Assembly: GCA_963699125.1 (NCBI GenBank)
Contig: OY969417.1
Span: forward strand, 1,205,795-1,269,794
DNA: 64,000 nt
Direction of reading: 5' to 3'
DNA from: an uncultured Actinomycetes bacterium
GTDB taxonomy: Bacteria; Actinomycetota; Thermoleophilia; Solirubrobacterales; 70-9
In this document: positions 1-11,486 of the stretch, piece after piece
How positions within the stretch are numbered: the stretch's first letter is position 1
Layout of the letters: every line of letters begins with the position of its first letter
The notes under the pieces: generated by a model
What the model was told of the DNA's origin: nothing
What the model saw: only the letters and a program-made list of their open reading frames with translations
Databases searched by the model: none
Program-made: the position numbers and the translations under genes

Positions 1-303
1 ACCGACTTCGATCTGCCGCTCGACTGGCAACTGAGCAAGGACTTCCGGCGCCGGGTCCTGCGTGCGATCGCGCGCATCCCGTACGGGCAGACCCGCAACT
101 ACACGCAGATGGCGACCAGCGCCGGCAACGAGCGCGCGGTCCGCGCCGCGGGCACCGCCTGCGGGTCAAATCCGATCCCCCTGGTCGTCCCCTGCCACCG
201 CGTCCTGCGCAGCGGCGGCGCCCTCGGCGGCTACGGCGGTGGCCTAGCGATGAAGAAGGCGCTGCTCGAGCTCGAGGGCGTGCTCGAGAAACCGCACGTC
301 TAA
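1..303 (+). CDS. ogt: methylated-DNA--protein-cysteine methyltransferase, C-terminal part (5' end outside window)
   Basis: Frame 1 is open from base 1 to TAA 301-303. Translation carries RIPYGQTRNYTQMA and the active-site motif IPLVVPCHRVL. Confidence 0.85.
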   Translation, partial: TDFDLPLDWQLSKDFRRRVLRAIARIPYGQTRNYTQMATSAGNERAVRAAGTACGSNPIPLVVPCHRVLRSGGALGGYGGGLAMKKALLELEGVLEKPHV

Positions 304-335
304 AGGGTTTGCCCCCTCGTTCCGATTGAAGGGGC

Positions 336-980
336 GTGAGGTGGCGATACGCCGACAACACTGAGGACCGCGACCGGATCGTCCGTTTCGCCTGGCTGGT
401 TTCGTTCCTAGCGACCCTGAGCCTTGTCGCGATCCTGGCGATGGCCAAGTCCGCGCAGGCGGAGACCGTCGCCGTTGGCGCGCTCGCTGCGACCCAGCCC
501 TTCGACACCGAATACGGGGAAGAAGCGGGGGAAGAAGGCGAAGAAATCGAATTCGAAGAATGCGACGAAGAGGAAGAAGAAGAATGCGAAGAGGAGGAGG
601 CCGATCCAGAAGCGCCGGAGGCGTGCCTGCTCAGCAGCGCCCATGCGGCGATCTTCGCCTCCTCGAACCGCGCCAAGGTCCGGCTGCAGGTTCGCTACGA
701 CCTCGACTCCCCGAGCGCCGTCGCGGTCGAATACGGGCTTCACGGCTCCAAGGGCGCCCTCTTCCTCGGCTCTGACAGGAAACGCTTCGCCAGGCACGGC
801 GTCTTTCACACGACCAGGAAGCTGACCGATTCCCAGATGGCCAAGGTCCTGGCGGCGAAGAACTTCACGGTCCGCCTCAATGTGCTCGCGGCACCGCCCT
901 ACTGCCTCCCCTTCTTCGATCGCCAGCTCAGCATCAGACGGGCGACCCCGGGCGGGCTCACCTGGCTGCAGTCGGAATAG
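336..980 (+). CDS. hypothetical exported protein with Glu/Cys-rich acidic low-complexity segment
   Basis: 214-aa ORF with GTG start. N-terminal hydrophobic helix ends AKSAQA (signal-peptide-like), followed by EEAGEEGEEIEFEECDEEEEEECEEEEAD. No family recognised. Confidence 0.5.
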   Translation: MRWRYADNTEDRDRIVRFAWLVSFLATLSLVAILAMAKSAQAETVAVGALAATQPFDTEYGEEAGEEGEEIEFEECDEEEEEECEEEEADPEAPEACLLSSAHAAIFASSNRAKVRLQVRYDLDSPSAVAVEYGLHGSKGALFLGSDRKRFARHGVFHTTRKLTDSQMAKVLAAKNFTVRLNVLAAPPYCLPFFDRQLSIRRATPGGLTWLQSE

Positions 981-983
981 CCG

Positions 984-1628
984 TCAGGCGGCCAGCGTCT
1001 CCTCGAGCCAGGCGGTCGCGTCGGTGAGGTGCGAGGGGTCGATCTGGTGGCCGATATCCGACTCCCTGTACTCGACCGCCAGACCCCCCGCCTCCAGGAG
1101 CACGCGCGCCCGCTGCGCGAAGCCGACGTCGATGATCGGGTCGCGGCGACCGTGGGCGACGAAGGCGCGGGTCGCCTGGCGATCGGCGAACGCAGGCTCC
1201 CAGCCGTCCACCGTCGGCACGAAGCCGCTGAAGGCGAGGATCCCCGCCACGGCCGGGCGGCCGGCGCCGAGGCCCATCGCGTAGCTCATCACGGACCCCA
1301 TCGAGAAGCCGCCGAAGACGGTCCGCTCGGGACCGACTCCGGTCTCCTCCCAGAGCCGGTCGTGGAGCTCCGCGAGAGCGGCGCGAGCGGCGTGAAAGGT
1401 TTCGGGGTCGGGGTAGCCAACCCGCGGCACGAGGTACCAGTGGTAGCCGGGGGAACCGGGCAGGGCAAGCGGCCCTCGCGGGGTCACCACCCGCAGCCGT
1501 CGCTCGGGATCGAGCAGGTCGGCCAGCCTCAGCAGGTCGCGCTCATCCGTGCCGCGACCGTGGTGCAACACCAGGAGCCCCTGCGGCTCCGCCGCGGCTG
1601 GGCGTTCAAGATGCGCCAGCGACTCCAT
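984..1628 (-). CDS. alpha/beta hydrolase, phospholipase/carboxylesterase type
   Basis: 214-aa ORF with LLVLHHGRGTDE, nucleophile elbow GFSMGS, and AHGRRDPII...GHQI, consistent with a Ser-Asp-His esterase. Confidence 0.8.
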   Translation of the reverse strand: MESLAHLERPAAAEPQGLLVLHHGRGTDERDLLRLADLLDPERRLRVVTPRGPLALPGSPGYHWYLVPRVGYPDPETFHAARAALAELHDRLWEETGVGPERTVFGGFSMGSVMSYAMGLGAGRPAVAGILAFSGFVPTVDGWEPAFADRQATRAFVAHGRRDPIIDVGFAQRARVLLEAGGLAVEYRESDIGHQIDPSHLTDATAWLEETLAA

Positions 1629-1631
1629 TGC

Positions 1632-2748
1632 TTACGAGGCCGAGGACGCGGCGGTCTTGTTCAGGTAGTCGCGGACGAACTCGTCGAGGTCGCCGTCGAG
1701 CACCCGCTGCACGTCGCCGACCTCGTGCTCGGTGCGGTGGTCCTTGACCATCGTGTAGGGGTGGAGGACGTAGCTGCGGATCTGCGAGCCCCAGGCGACG
1801 TCTTTGACCTCTCCCCGGGCCTTGGCCATCTCCTCGGCCCGTTTGCGCTCCTCGAGCTCGATCAGCTTCGAGCGCAGGAACTGCATCGCCACAGCCTTGT
1901 TCTGGGTCTGGGAGCGCTCGTTCTGGCACTGGACGACGACGCCGGTGGGGATGTGGGTGATCCGCACCGCCGAGTCGGTCTTGTTGACGTGCTGGCCGCC
2001 GGCGCCGGAGGCGCGGTAGGTGTCGACCCGGAGATCGGCGTCGTCGATCTCCACCTCGACCCCAGCGTCGACCAGGGGGCCGACGTCGACCTGGGCGAAG
2101 CTGGTGTGACGGCGCGCGGATGAGTCGAAGGGGGAGATCCGGACCAGCCGGTGGACGCCGCGCTCGGCGGCGAACAGCCCATAGGCGTTCTCGCCGCGGG
2201 CGATGAAGGTGGCCGACTTGAGCCCCGCCTCCTCCCCCGGCGAGGCCTCCTTCATCTCGATCTCGAAGCCGCGCCGCTCCGCCCAACGCAGGTACATGCG
2301 CAGGAGGATCTCCGCCCAGTCCTGGGAGTCGGTGCCACCGGCTCCGGCGTGGACGCTGACCACCGCGTCGCCGACGTCGTAGGTGCCGCTGAAGAGTCGT
2401 CCCTCCTCAAGCTCGCCGAGGCGCCGCTCGACCGAGGAAAGCTGCGCGCCCAGCTCAGTCGCCATCTCCTCGTCCTCCGCCGCCATCTCGGCCAGGTCAC
2501 CGAGGTCGGCCACGTCGGACTCGAGCCCGCGGAAGGTCTCGAGGCGGCGCTGGGCGCGCGCGTGCGCGGCCGAGGTCCGGGCCGCGCTCTCCTGGTCGTC
2601 CCAGAAGCCCGGCCTCTGCATCTCCTCTTCCAGTCGCTCCGCCTCGGCTTCCAACCCAGCCGGGTCAAAGGTAGTCCGAGAGCAGGGACAGCTGCTCACG
2701 GACAGCGGTGAGGCGAGGCGCGATCGATTCGGTCGGGGCGTCGGCCAT
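1632..2748 (-). CDS. prfB: peptide chain release factor 2, expressed through a programmed +1 frameshift at CTT TGA C (2670-2664)
   Basis: The body carries SPFDSSARRHTSFAQV and GGQHVNKTDSAVRITH. A 27-codon ORF0 from ATG 2748 stops at TGA 2667-2665 and joins the body in the +1 frame. Confidence 0.93.
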
Positions 2749-2757
2749 GACGAGAGG

Positions 2758-3651
2758 TTATTCGGCGGTCGCGACGGCGGTCCCGGTCCCAGCCCTGGCG
2801 GCGATGATCCAGGTCGAGGCGGGGGCGACGACGCCCTCGGGGCCAGCGAACTCCGCCAGCGCCTCGTGGAGCTTGGCGGAGATCTCGGGACGGATCTCAT
2901 CGACGCGGTCGCCCCAGAGCCGCAGCACCTCGCCGGCCGGCCCGAGCGACATCGCGAACTCGACCGCGTGGTCGAGGTCGTCGCCGATCTTGATCGGCAG
3001 GTCGCAGCGCTGGAGGGAGATCCGCTCGAAGCCTGCGATCTTCAGCTGCTCGCTGACGGTGTCGGCGTTGGCCATCGAGAAGGGGCCGGGGCCGCAGGTC
3101 GGTTCGTCGCTCTCCTCCGGGTGCTCGAGGTAATCGTCGACGACCAGCTCGGCCCGATGGACCCAGTCGTTGTCGAGCTTGCGGCGCCAGACGACGGCGC
3201 AGAGCCTGCCGCCGGGAACGAGCGCCTCGCGCACGTTGCGAAGTGCCTGCACGGGGTTGGCGAAGAACATCAGTCCCATCCGCGAGAACGCGTAGTCGAA
3301 GCGGCCGTCGAACTCGGCCACCTGGACGTCGCCGGCGAGGAAGCTGACGTTCCCGATCCCGGCGTCCTCGGCCTCGCGCCTCGCCGCCTCGACGAACGGC
3401 TCCGAGACGTCGACCCCGAGCGCCTCGCCTTCTTCGCCGACCAGCTCCGCCAGCCGCTGGGTCGTGTCGCCGAAGCCACATCCGAGGTCGAGTACGCGAT
3501 CCCCCCGCCGCGGCGGGTGCAATTCCATCGCCGCCTCGCCATGGGCGCCGAGACCGCTCGTGACGAGGTCGCGGTAGCGGACGAAGAGGTCGAACAGCGG
3601 CCCGCTCCAGGCCTCGGTCGCCTCATCATTCTCCGGAGCTACGAAATCCAC
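2758..3651 (-). CDS. class I SAM-dependent methyltransferase
   Basis: 297-aa ORF with SAM-binding motif I VLDLGCGFGDTT, followed by acidic loop GVDVSE. Confidence 0.8.
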   Translation of the reverse strand: MDFVAPENDEATEAWSGPLFDLFVRYRDLVTSGLGAHGEAAMELHPPRRGDRVLDLGCGFGDTTQRLAELVGEEGEALGVDVSEPFVEAARREAEDAGIGNVSFLAGDVQVAEFDGRFDYAFSRMGLMFFANPVQALRNVREALVPGGRLCAVVWRRKLDNDWVHRAELVVDDYLEHPEESDEPTCGPGPFSMANADTVSEQLKIAGFERISLQRCDLPIKIGDDLDHAVEFAMSLGPAGEVLRLWGDRVDEIRPEISAKLHEALAEFAGPEGVVAPASTWIIAARAGTGTAVATAE

Positions 3652-3699
3652 GGCAAGGATGCTACGCGGCCTCCGCCGATCCGACCAGGCCGCGGCCGG

Positions 3700-4092
3700 T
3701 CAGGCCCTGAAGCCGCCGGCGCGCAGGGCCTCCGCCCGGTCCTCGAAAGGGCGCCAGCTCAGCACCCGGTGAGCGCGCAGCTCGAAAACCCAGGCCATCT
3801 CCTCCTCCCCCGCCGGCGAGCCGTCCTCGTCCCAGTGCCAACGGCGCGAGATCAGGGCAACCGCGGTGCCGCCACCGCCCTCGAGCCCTTCCTCGTAGAG
3901 CTGCTCGAGCTCGATCGTCTGCTGGACCCCGCCGGGCTTCCGAGTCGCCCACAACCGCGCCGCCTCGACCCCCTTGCGCAGCCCCCGCATCGCGTGCAGC
4001 TGGACCTCAGGGTCGAGAACCGCGACGAAGGCGTCCAGGTCCCGCGCGTTGAACGCCCGAATGAACTCCCTTACCGGGTCAGTGACTTTCAC
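3700..4092 (-). CDS. SnoaL-like / NTF2-fold protein
   Basis: 130-aa ORF with GTG start. The N-terminus REFIRAFNARDLDAFVAVLDPEV is typical of the SnoaL/NTF2-like family. Confidence 0.65.
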   Translation of the reverse strand: MKVTDPVREFIRAFNARDLDAFVAVLDPEVQLHAMRGLRKGVEAARLWATRKPGGVQQTIELEQLYEEGLEGGGGTAVALISRRWHWDEDGSPAGEEEMAWVFELRAHRVLSWRPFEDRAEALRAGGFRA

Positions 4093-4132
4093 TGCTCTGT
4101 GCGCCCCGACACGCGACTAGAAGAGACCCCCG

Positions 4133-4247
4133 CCTAGGGCACGTCCCGGCAGGGGTGGAGCGTCTTGTACTTTTTCGCGGCCGCTAGACCTCGGACGGCC
4201 ACCGCCGCCCTCGAAAAAGTTAAGCGAAACCCCTGCCGGGATGTGCC

Positions 4248-4252
<5 letters not shown>
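4133..4252. repeat. 120-bp palindromic element at the secA 3' end, with nested inner stem
   Basis: The arms CCTAGGGCACGTCCCGGCAGGGG (4133-4155) and 4230-4252 are reverse complements with one mismatch. The inner stem pairs ACTTTTTCG 4169-4177 with CGAAAAAGT 4212-4220. The right arm contains the secA stop codon 4248-4250. Confidence 0.85.
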
Positions 4253-7091
<2,839 letters not shown>

Positions 7092-7129
7092 TGCCCAAGG
7101 GTAGCGGTGCGGGCGAGGCGCAGGACCCC

Positions 7130-7159
7130 TTGACGCAAAAGCCAGGGCGGGCGTAGCAT
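7130..7159 (+). promoter_or_regulatory. candidate housekeeping-sigma promoter for hpf
   Basis: TTGACG (7130-7135), an 18-nt spacer, then TAGCAT (7154-7159). The RBS AAGGAGG lies 6 nt before ATG 7186. Confidence 0.4.
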
Positions 7160-7185
7160 CGAAGCGAACCCACAAGGAGGCGCTC

Positions 7186-7539
7186 ATGCGGATTGAGATT
7201 CGTGGCCGGAACGTCGAGATGACGGATGACCTGCGTGAGATGGTGCGAAAGCGGTTCCAGCGCCTTGGCCGGCAGGTTTCGATGCTGGCGACGCTGGAGG
7301 TCGTCCTCTCGGAGGAGCGAAACCCGTCAATCGCAGATAGTCAGATCGCCGAGGGGACCTTTCGCCTTAAGGGCGTGACCCTGCGGGCCCACGAGGCATC
7401 CCCCGAGATGACCCATTCGGTGCACGAACTGGCCGAGGACCTTCGTCGCCAGGTCAAGAAACACCGCGACCTGCGGCGCAAGCGGCGCCAGACGCGCAAG
7501 CTGGTCGGGCGGATGCGGGGGCGGGCGGCAGCGACTTAG
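7186..7539 (+). CDS. hpf: ribosome hibernation factor, short HPF/RaiA (YfiA) type with basic tail
   Basis: MRIEIRGRNVEMTDDLREMVRKRFQRLGRQV is typical of the sigma-54 modulation/S30EA family. The gene has a strong RBS. Confidence 0.85.
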   Translation: MRIEIRGRNVEMTDDLREMVRKRFQRLGRQVSMLATLEVVLSEERNPSIADSQIAEGTFRLKGVTLRAHEASPEMTHSVHELAEDLRRQVKKHRDLRRKRRQTRKLVGRMRGRAAAT

Positions 7540-7551
7540 GCGGGTGCAGGC

Positions 7552-7656
7552 AGGGGGTCGGGTGTCCCTCCCCATGAAGCCGTTGCGCAGCTGATCGCTT
7601 GTCGCGCTTCGGGATCGTGGCTCTTGAGCTTCCTGGAGAGGGACACCCGACCCCCT
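7552..7656. repeat. palindromic element, family D copy 1 (GCCGTTGCGCAGC core)
   Basis: The arms AGGGGGTCGGGTGTCCCTC 7552-7570 and 7638-7656 form a perfect 19-bp inverted repeat. The core is homologous to 53336-53395. The element sits between the convergent hpf and comF stops. Confidence 0.85.
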
Positions 7657-8278
7657 ACAGGCGTCTTGCGAAGGTCACGGCGACCACTCGGGATGCGCCC
7701 GAGGAGCGGAGGGCTTTGGCGCAGGATGTGAGGGTCGAGCCGGTGGTTAGGACGTCATCGATTAGGAGGACGCTGCGGGGCGCGGGGCCATGAGACCGGA
7801 TCTGGGGTGGGTGGCTAAGGCGGTCGGCTCGGCGTTTGCCGACCTGACGGCCGGCGCCGCGGCGCGAGAGACATTGCTCGAGCGGCGAGTTGAGGCGTTC
7901 GGCCAGGGCTGCGGCTAGCTCGCCGGCGGGGTCGAAGCCGCGGCGGCGCAGGCGGGCGGGGGCGGGTGGGACCGGCACGATCGTGCCGCTGAGCATGTGG
8001 GCGGGAGCCAGCCAGTGGATCCGGTCCGCCATCAGGTCGGCGACGGGTAGCAGTCGGCGGAACTTCAGCGCCGCGACCAGGCTGCGCGCGACGCCCTCGT
8101 GGGGAGCCGAGGACCAGGCGCGATCGAGCCCCGGCGGGCCCTTGCCGAGCAGCGGCTCAGCCGCCGCCAGACGCCGCCCACAGCGGGTGCAGACCACCGC
8201 CTCGGGTCGGCAGCTACGTCCGCAGGAGGCGCAGAGGGGTGGGGCGAACCCGGCGGCGACGGCGTGCAGGATCTCCAT
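7655..8278 (-). CDS. comF: ComF family protein (phosphoribosyltransferase domain)
   Basis: The N-terminus has the Cys clusters CASCGRSC...CTRCGRRL. The C-terminus has the PRTase motif LLIDDVLTTGSTL. Confidence 0.85.
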   Translation of the reverse strand: MEILHAVAAGFAPPLCASCGRSCRPEAVVCTRCGRRLAAAEPLLGKGPPGLDRAWSSAPHEGVARSLVAALKFRRLLPVADLMADRIHWLAPAHMLSGTIVPVPPAPARLRRRGFDPAGELAAALAERLNSPLEQCLSRRGAGRQVGKRRADRLSHPPQIRSHGPAPRSVLLIDDVLTTGSTLTSCAKALRSSGASRVVAVTFARRL

Positions 8279-8432
8279 ACGCCGATCCTGGGCCTCGCGG
8301 GCGCACGCGTTGCGCGCTCAATGCAAATTCTTCGTGGAGGGATCCGGTCATCCCCCGGGCGAATTGAGTCGCGCGCCCTGCGGGCGCGGCCGTTCGAGTG
8401 GGACTTCACCCGCGACAAGATCGCCGGTTGGA

Positions 8433-8478
8433 CGCATCCGACATTTACCCCACCCCCCTGTGGTCGATGTCGGATGCG
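8433..8478. repeat. hairpin of the ATGTCGGATGCGCG repeat family (copy 1)
   Basis: CGCATCCGACAT 8433-8444 and ATGTCGGATGCG 8467-8478 are reverse complements. The same core occurs at 49676-49723 and 61551-61666. Confidence 0.75.
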
Positions 8479-8524
8479 CGCGATCCGCGGCCATTCTGTG
8501 GGAGGGGCCTCTCGCCAACCCCCG

Positions 8525-9529
8525 TCAGCCGCGGCGGCCGATCGTGGCGCCGATCAGGACCGAGTTCGGTGGAATCTCGGCGCCCGGCAGGGCGATCACT
8601 TCGCGCAGGCGGCTGCCGGCGCCAACCGCGGCGCCGTCGCCGATCACCGAGGGGCCGTCGATGCGGACGTCGTCGCCGATCTCGCAGCCGGGGCCGAGCA
8701 GGACCGGCCCTGCGAGGGCTCCCTCGTCGCCGGCGGGCGAGCCGCTGCGGAAGCCGTCGACGACCTCGCCCTCGCGCTCGACCGCGACGGCGCCGCTGAG
8801 CGCGTCGAGGTTTCCCTGCCGCAGCTCCTCGAGGTTGCCGATGTCGTTCCAGTAGGCGTCGATCTCGTACGAGTAGAACGGCACGTCGCCGTCGAGCAGG
8901 CGCGGGAAGACGTCCATTGCCCAGTCGGCGAAGCCCGGCGGATCGCCGGGGCCGGCCGCCGCGCTGGTCCCGGGCTCAGGGAAGAAATCGAAGATCTCGG
9001 AGCGGAACATGTAGATGCCGCAGTTGGCGAGGTCGGAGAGAGCCTCGGCCGGGTCGGGCTTCTCCTGGAAGCCCTGGATGCGCCCGTCGGAGTCGGTGAT
9101 CGCCACCCCGAACTGGCTGGTGTCCGCGACCCGCTTGGTCGCCAGCGTCGCGACCCCGTCGTGCGACTCGTGGAAGTCGCGCATCGCCGCCAGGTCGATA
9201 TCGGTGAGCGCGTCGCCGGAGATCACCAGGAAGGAGTCGCCGAGGAAATCGGCGGCGTTGCGGACGCCGCCGGAGGTGCCGAGCAGCTGCTCCTCGGGGC
9301 TGTAGGTCAGCTCGAGGCCGAAAGCGCTGCCGTCGCCGAAGTGGGCGCGGATCAGCTGCGGGAACCAGTGCAGGTTGGCGATCGTCTCGGTGAAGCCGTG
9401 GCCGGCGAGGAGGCGGACGATGTGCTCCATCACCGGCCGGTTCAGCACCGGCACCATCGGCTTCGGCATCTCGTAGGTGATCGGGCGCAGCCGGGTTCCG
9501 AGGCCGGCGGCGAGAACCATCGCCCTCAT
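8525..9529 (-). CDS. NDP-sugar pyrophosphorylase (mannose-1-phosphate guanylyltransferase-like) with C-terminal left-handed beta-helix
   Basis: The N-terminal signature is MVLAAGLGTRLRPITYEMPKPMVPV. The C-terminus has hexapeptide-like repeats. Confidence 0.85.
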   Translation of the reverse strand: MRAMVLAAGLGTRLRPITYEMPKPMVPVLNRPVMEHIVRLLAGHGFTETIANLHWFPQLIRAHFGDGSAFGLELTYSPEEQLLGTSGGVRNAADFLGDSFLVISGDALTDIDLAAMRDFHESHDGVATLATKRVADTSQFGVAITDSDGRIQGFQEKPDPAEALSDLANCGIYMFRSEIFDFFPEPGTSAAAGPGDPPGFADWAMDVFPRLLDGDVPFYSYEIDAYWNDIGNLEELRQGNLDALSGAVAVEREGEVVDGFRSGSPAGDEGALAGPVLLGPGCEIGDDVRIDGPSVIGDGAAVGAGSRLREVIALPGAEIPPNSVLIGATIGRRG

Positions 9530-10500
9530 ACGGGTCCCATCGCCTCCTTGAAGCGCTCGATCGGCCCGACCGGGAGCGGATCCACCTCGCGCGCCCGAGC
9601 CAGCTCCAGGGAGACGAGGTCCCCCAGCATGGTCGCCCAGAGCAGCCGGGCGACCCTGGTCTCGCCGGCGGTCTCGACCCGAACCACGGCGGCGCCGTCC
9701 GCGGCGATCGTGGCGGCGGTCAGCTCGAAGCGACGCCGTACCCGCGGGTGCTGGTCGCCGTCCTCAAGGAAGACGGCGCCGAGGGGGGCGGGCGACGCCT
9801 CCCAGCCGCAGATCTCGTTGTGATCGGCCTCGGGCAACTCGGAGAAGAAAGCGGGCAGCTTGGCGTTCTCGTTCACCTGGGTCTTCCAGCGGCGGGCGAC
9901 CGGCGCCGTCAGGTCAGCTCCGTAGACGACCGGCAGCGCGCCATCGAGCGCGGCGGCGATCTCGGCGGCGCGAGCCCGGAGGGCATCCCTCTCCCCCTCG
10001 AGGAACGACGCAGCGACGTCGATCTCGGTGTGGACGCGGGGCGCAGCCCCTGCCAGCGCGGCCACCTCGGCGGCGACGGTGAACATGTAGGCGACGGCGG
10101 CGCGCGGCTGGAAGATGCCCGGCAGGCCGACCACCGGCAGGCCCGCTTCGCGGGCGGCGTCGACCAGCGGGCCGCCGGTGCTGGCGACGATGCGACGCGC
10201 GCCCAGAGCCTCGGCCGCGGCGAAGCAGGCGAGGGTCTCCTCGGTGCCGCCGGAGTAGCTCGAGCAGAGCACCGTCCAATCCGGCGTCGTCCAGCTCGGC
10301 AGCTCGTAGCCGCGAACGGTGACCAGCGGCCGGGTGAGACGGTCGCCGAGGGCGGCGGCGGCGAGATCGCCGCCGATCGCCGAGCCGCCCATCCCACAGA
10401 CCATCACCCCGGCTGCGTCGGCGGGCTCCAGGCGCGCGGACTCGATTCGCCAGAGGGCGTCGCGAAGCTGGTCGGGTATGCCGAGGACGTCGTCGATCAT
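9526..10500 (-). CDS. bifunctional phosphoglucose/phosphomannose isomerase (SIS domain)
   Basis: 324-aa ORF with CGMGGSAIGGDL and SYSGGTEETL SIS motifs. Start and stop overlap the flanking sugar-nucleotide genes by 4 nt. Confidence 0.8.
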   Translation of the reverse strand: MIDDVLGIPDQLRDALWRIESARLEPADAAGVMVCGMGGSAIGGDLAAAALGDRLTRPLVTVRGYELPSWTTPDWTVLCSSYSGGTEETLACFAAAEALGARRIVASTGGPLVDAAREAGLPVVGLPGIFQPRAAVAYMFTVAAEVAALAGAAPRVHTEIDVAASFLEGERDALRARAAEIAAALDGALPVVYGADLTAPVARRWKTQVNENAKLPAFFSELPEADHNEICGWEASPAPLGAVFLEDGDQHPRVRRRFELTAATIAADGAAVVRVETAGETRVARLLWATMLGDLVSLELARAREVDPLPVGPIERFKEAMGPV

Positions 10501-11486
10501 GGCGATTGGGCGGGGACTCTCTCATCCTGACCGACGATCGCGCCGGAAAGCTCCGTCCCCGCAGCAACCGTAACGCCCGCGGCGAGAACGGAACCGCTAA
10601 CCCTTGCGCCCTCACCGATGCTGCAGCCGTCGAGCAGCACCGAGTCGCTGACCTCAGCACCGGCGGCGATCTGGCAATCGGACGAGACGACGGCGCGCGG
10701 TCCCACCGTCGCGCCGGGGGCGACCTCGGCGCCCGGGCCGACGAACAGGCCCGGCGCGGTCGCCCGCACCTTCGTCGCCACCCTGCCCTCGAGGATGTCC
10801 CAGCTCGCCTGCAGGTAGCGCTCGGGCGTGCCGATGTCCATCCAGTAGCCGTCGAGGCGAACGGCCCCGAGGCCGTCGCCGACAAGGCGGGGAAAGACCT
10901 CGCGCTCGATCGAGACCTCGCGCCCGGGCGGGATCAGGTCCAGCACCGAGCGCTCGAGCAGGTAGGCGCCGGCGTTGATCTCACCGGGGACCGGCTCGCC
11001 GGTCTTCTCGGCGAACTCGGTCACCCGGCCGTCGGAGTCGACGCCGACCAAACCGTAGGCGGCCGAGTCCTCGACCGGATGGAGGGCGATCGTCGCCCGC
11101 GCCCCGCGCTCGCCGTGGGCGCGGGTCAGCGCGCCCAGGTCGAGGTCGGTGAGGACGTCGCCGTTGAGGGCGAGGAAGCGGCCGTCCAGATCGTCGCCGA
11201 GGGCGTCGGCGGCAAAGCGAATCGCCCCCGCCGTGCCGCGGCGCTCGGGCTCGACCACGTAGGTGAGCCGCACCCCGCCGTGCTCACCGTCACCGAGCGC
11301 GTCGCGCAGCACGTCCGGCATGAAGCCGCAGGCCAGCACTGCCTCGGTCACCCCGTAGGCACCCAGCCACTCGACCATGTAGGCGAGGAAGGGGCGGTCG
11401 ACCAGGGTCAGCGCCGGCTTTGGCACGTCGTCGGTCAGCGGCCGCAGCCGCGTCCCCTCGCCGCCGACCAGGACGATCGCCTGCAT
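10497..11486 (-). CDS. NDP-sugar pyrophosphorylase (second copy, mannose-1-phosphate guanylyltransferase-like)
   Basis: The N-terminus is MQAIVLVGGEGTRLRPLTDDVPKPAL. The C-terminus is hexapeptide-repeat-like. Confidence 0.85.
   Translation of the reverse strand: MQAIVLVGGEGTRLRPLTDDVPKPALTLVDRPFLAYMVEWLGAYGVTEAVLACGFMPDVLRDALGDGEHGGVRLTYVVEPERRGTAGAIRFAADALGDDLDGRFLALNGDVLTDLDLGALTRAHGERGARATIALHPVEDSAAYGLVGVDSDGRVTEFAEKTGEPVPGEINAGAYLLERSVLDLIPPGREVSIEREVFPRLVGDGLGAVRLDGYWMDIGTPERYLQASWDILEGRVATKVRATAPGLFVGPGAEVAPGATVGPRAVVSSDCQIAAGAEVSDSVLLDGCSIGEGARVSGSVLAAGVTVAAGTELSGAIVGQDERVPAQSP

Noticed and set aside
500-620. GAA/GAG-rich tract considered as a tandem repeat or VNTR
   Set aside because: It is an imperfect purine-rich run that encodes the acidic segment of the 336..980 ORF in frame. 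No regular repeat unit is discernible.
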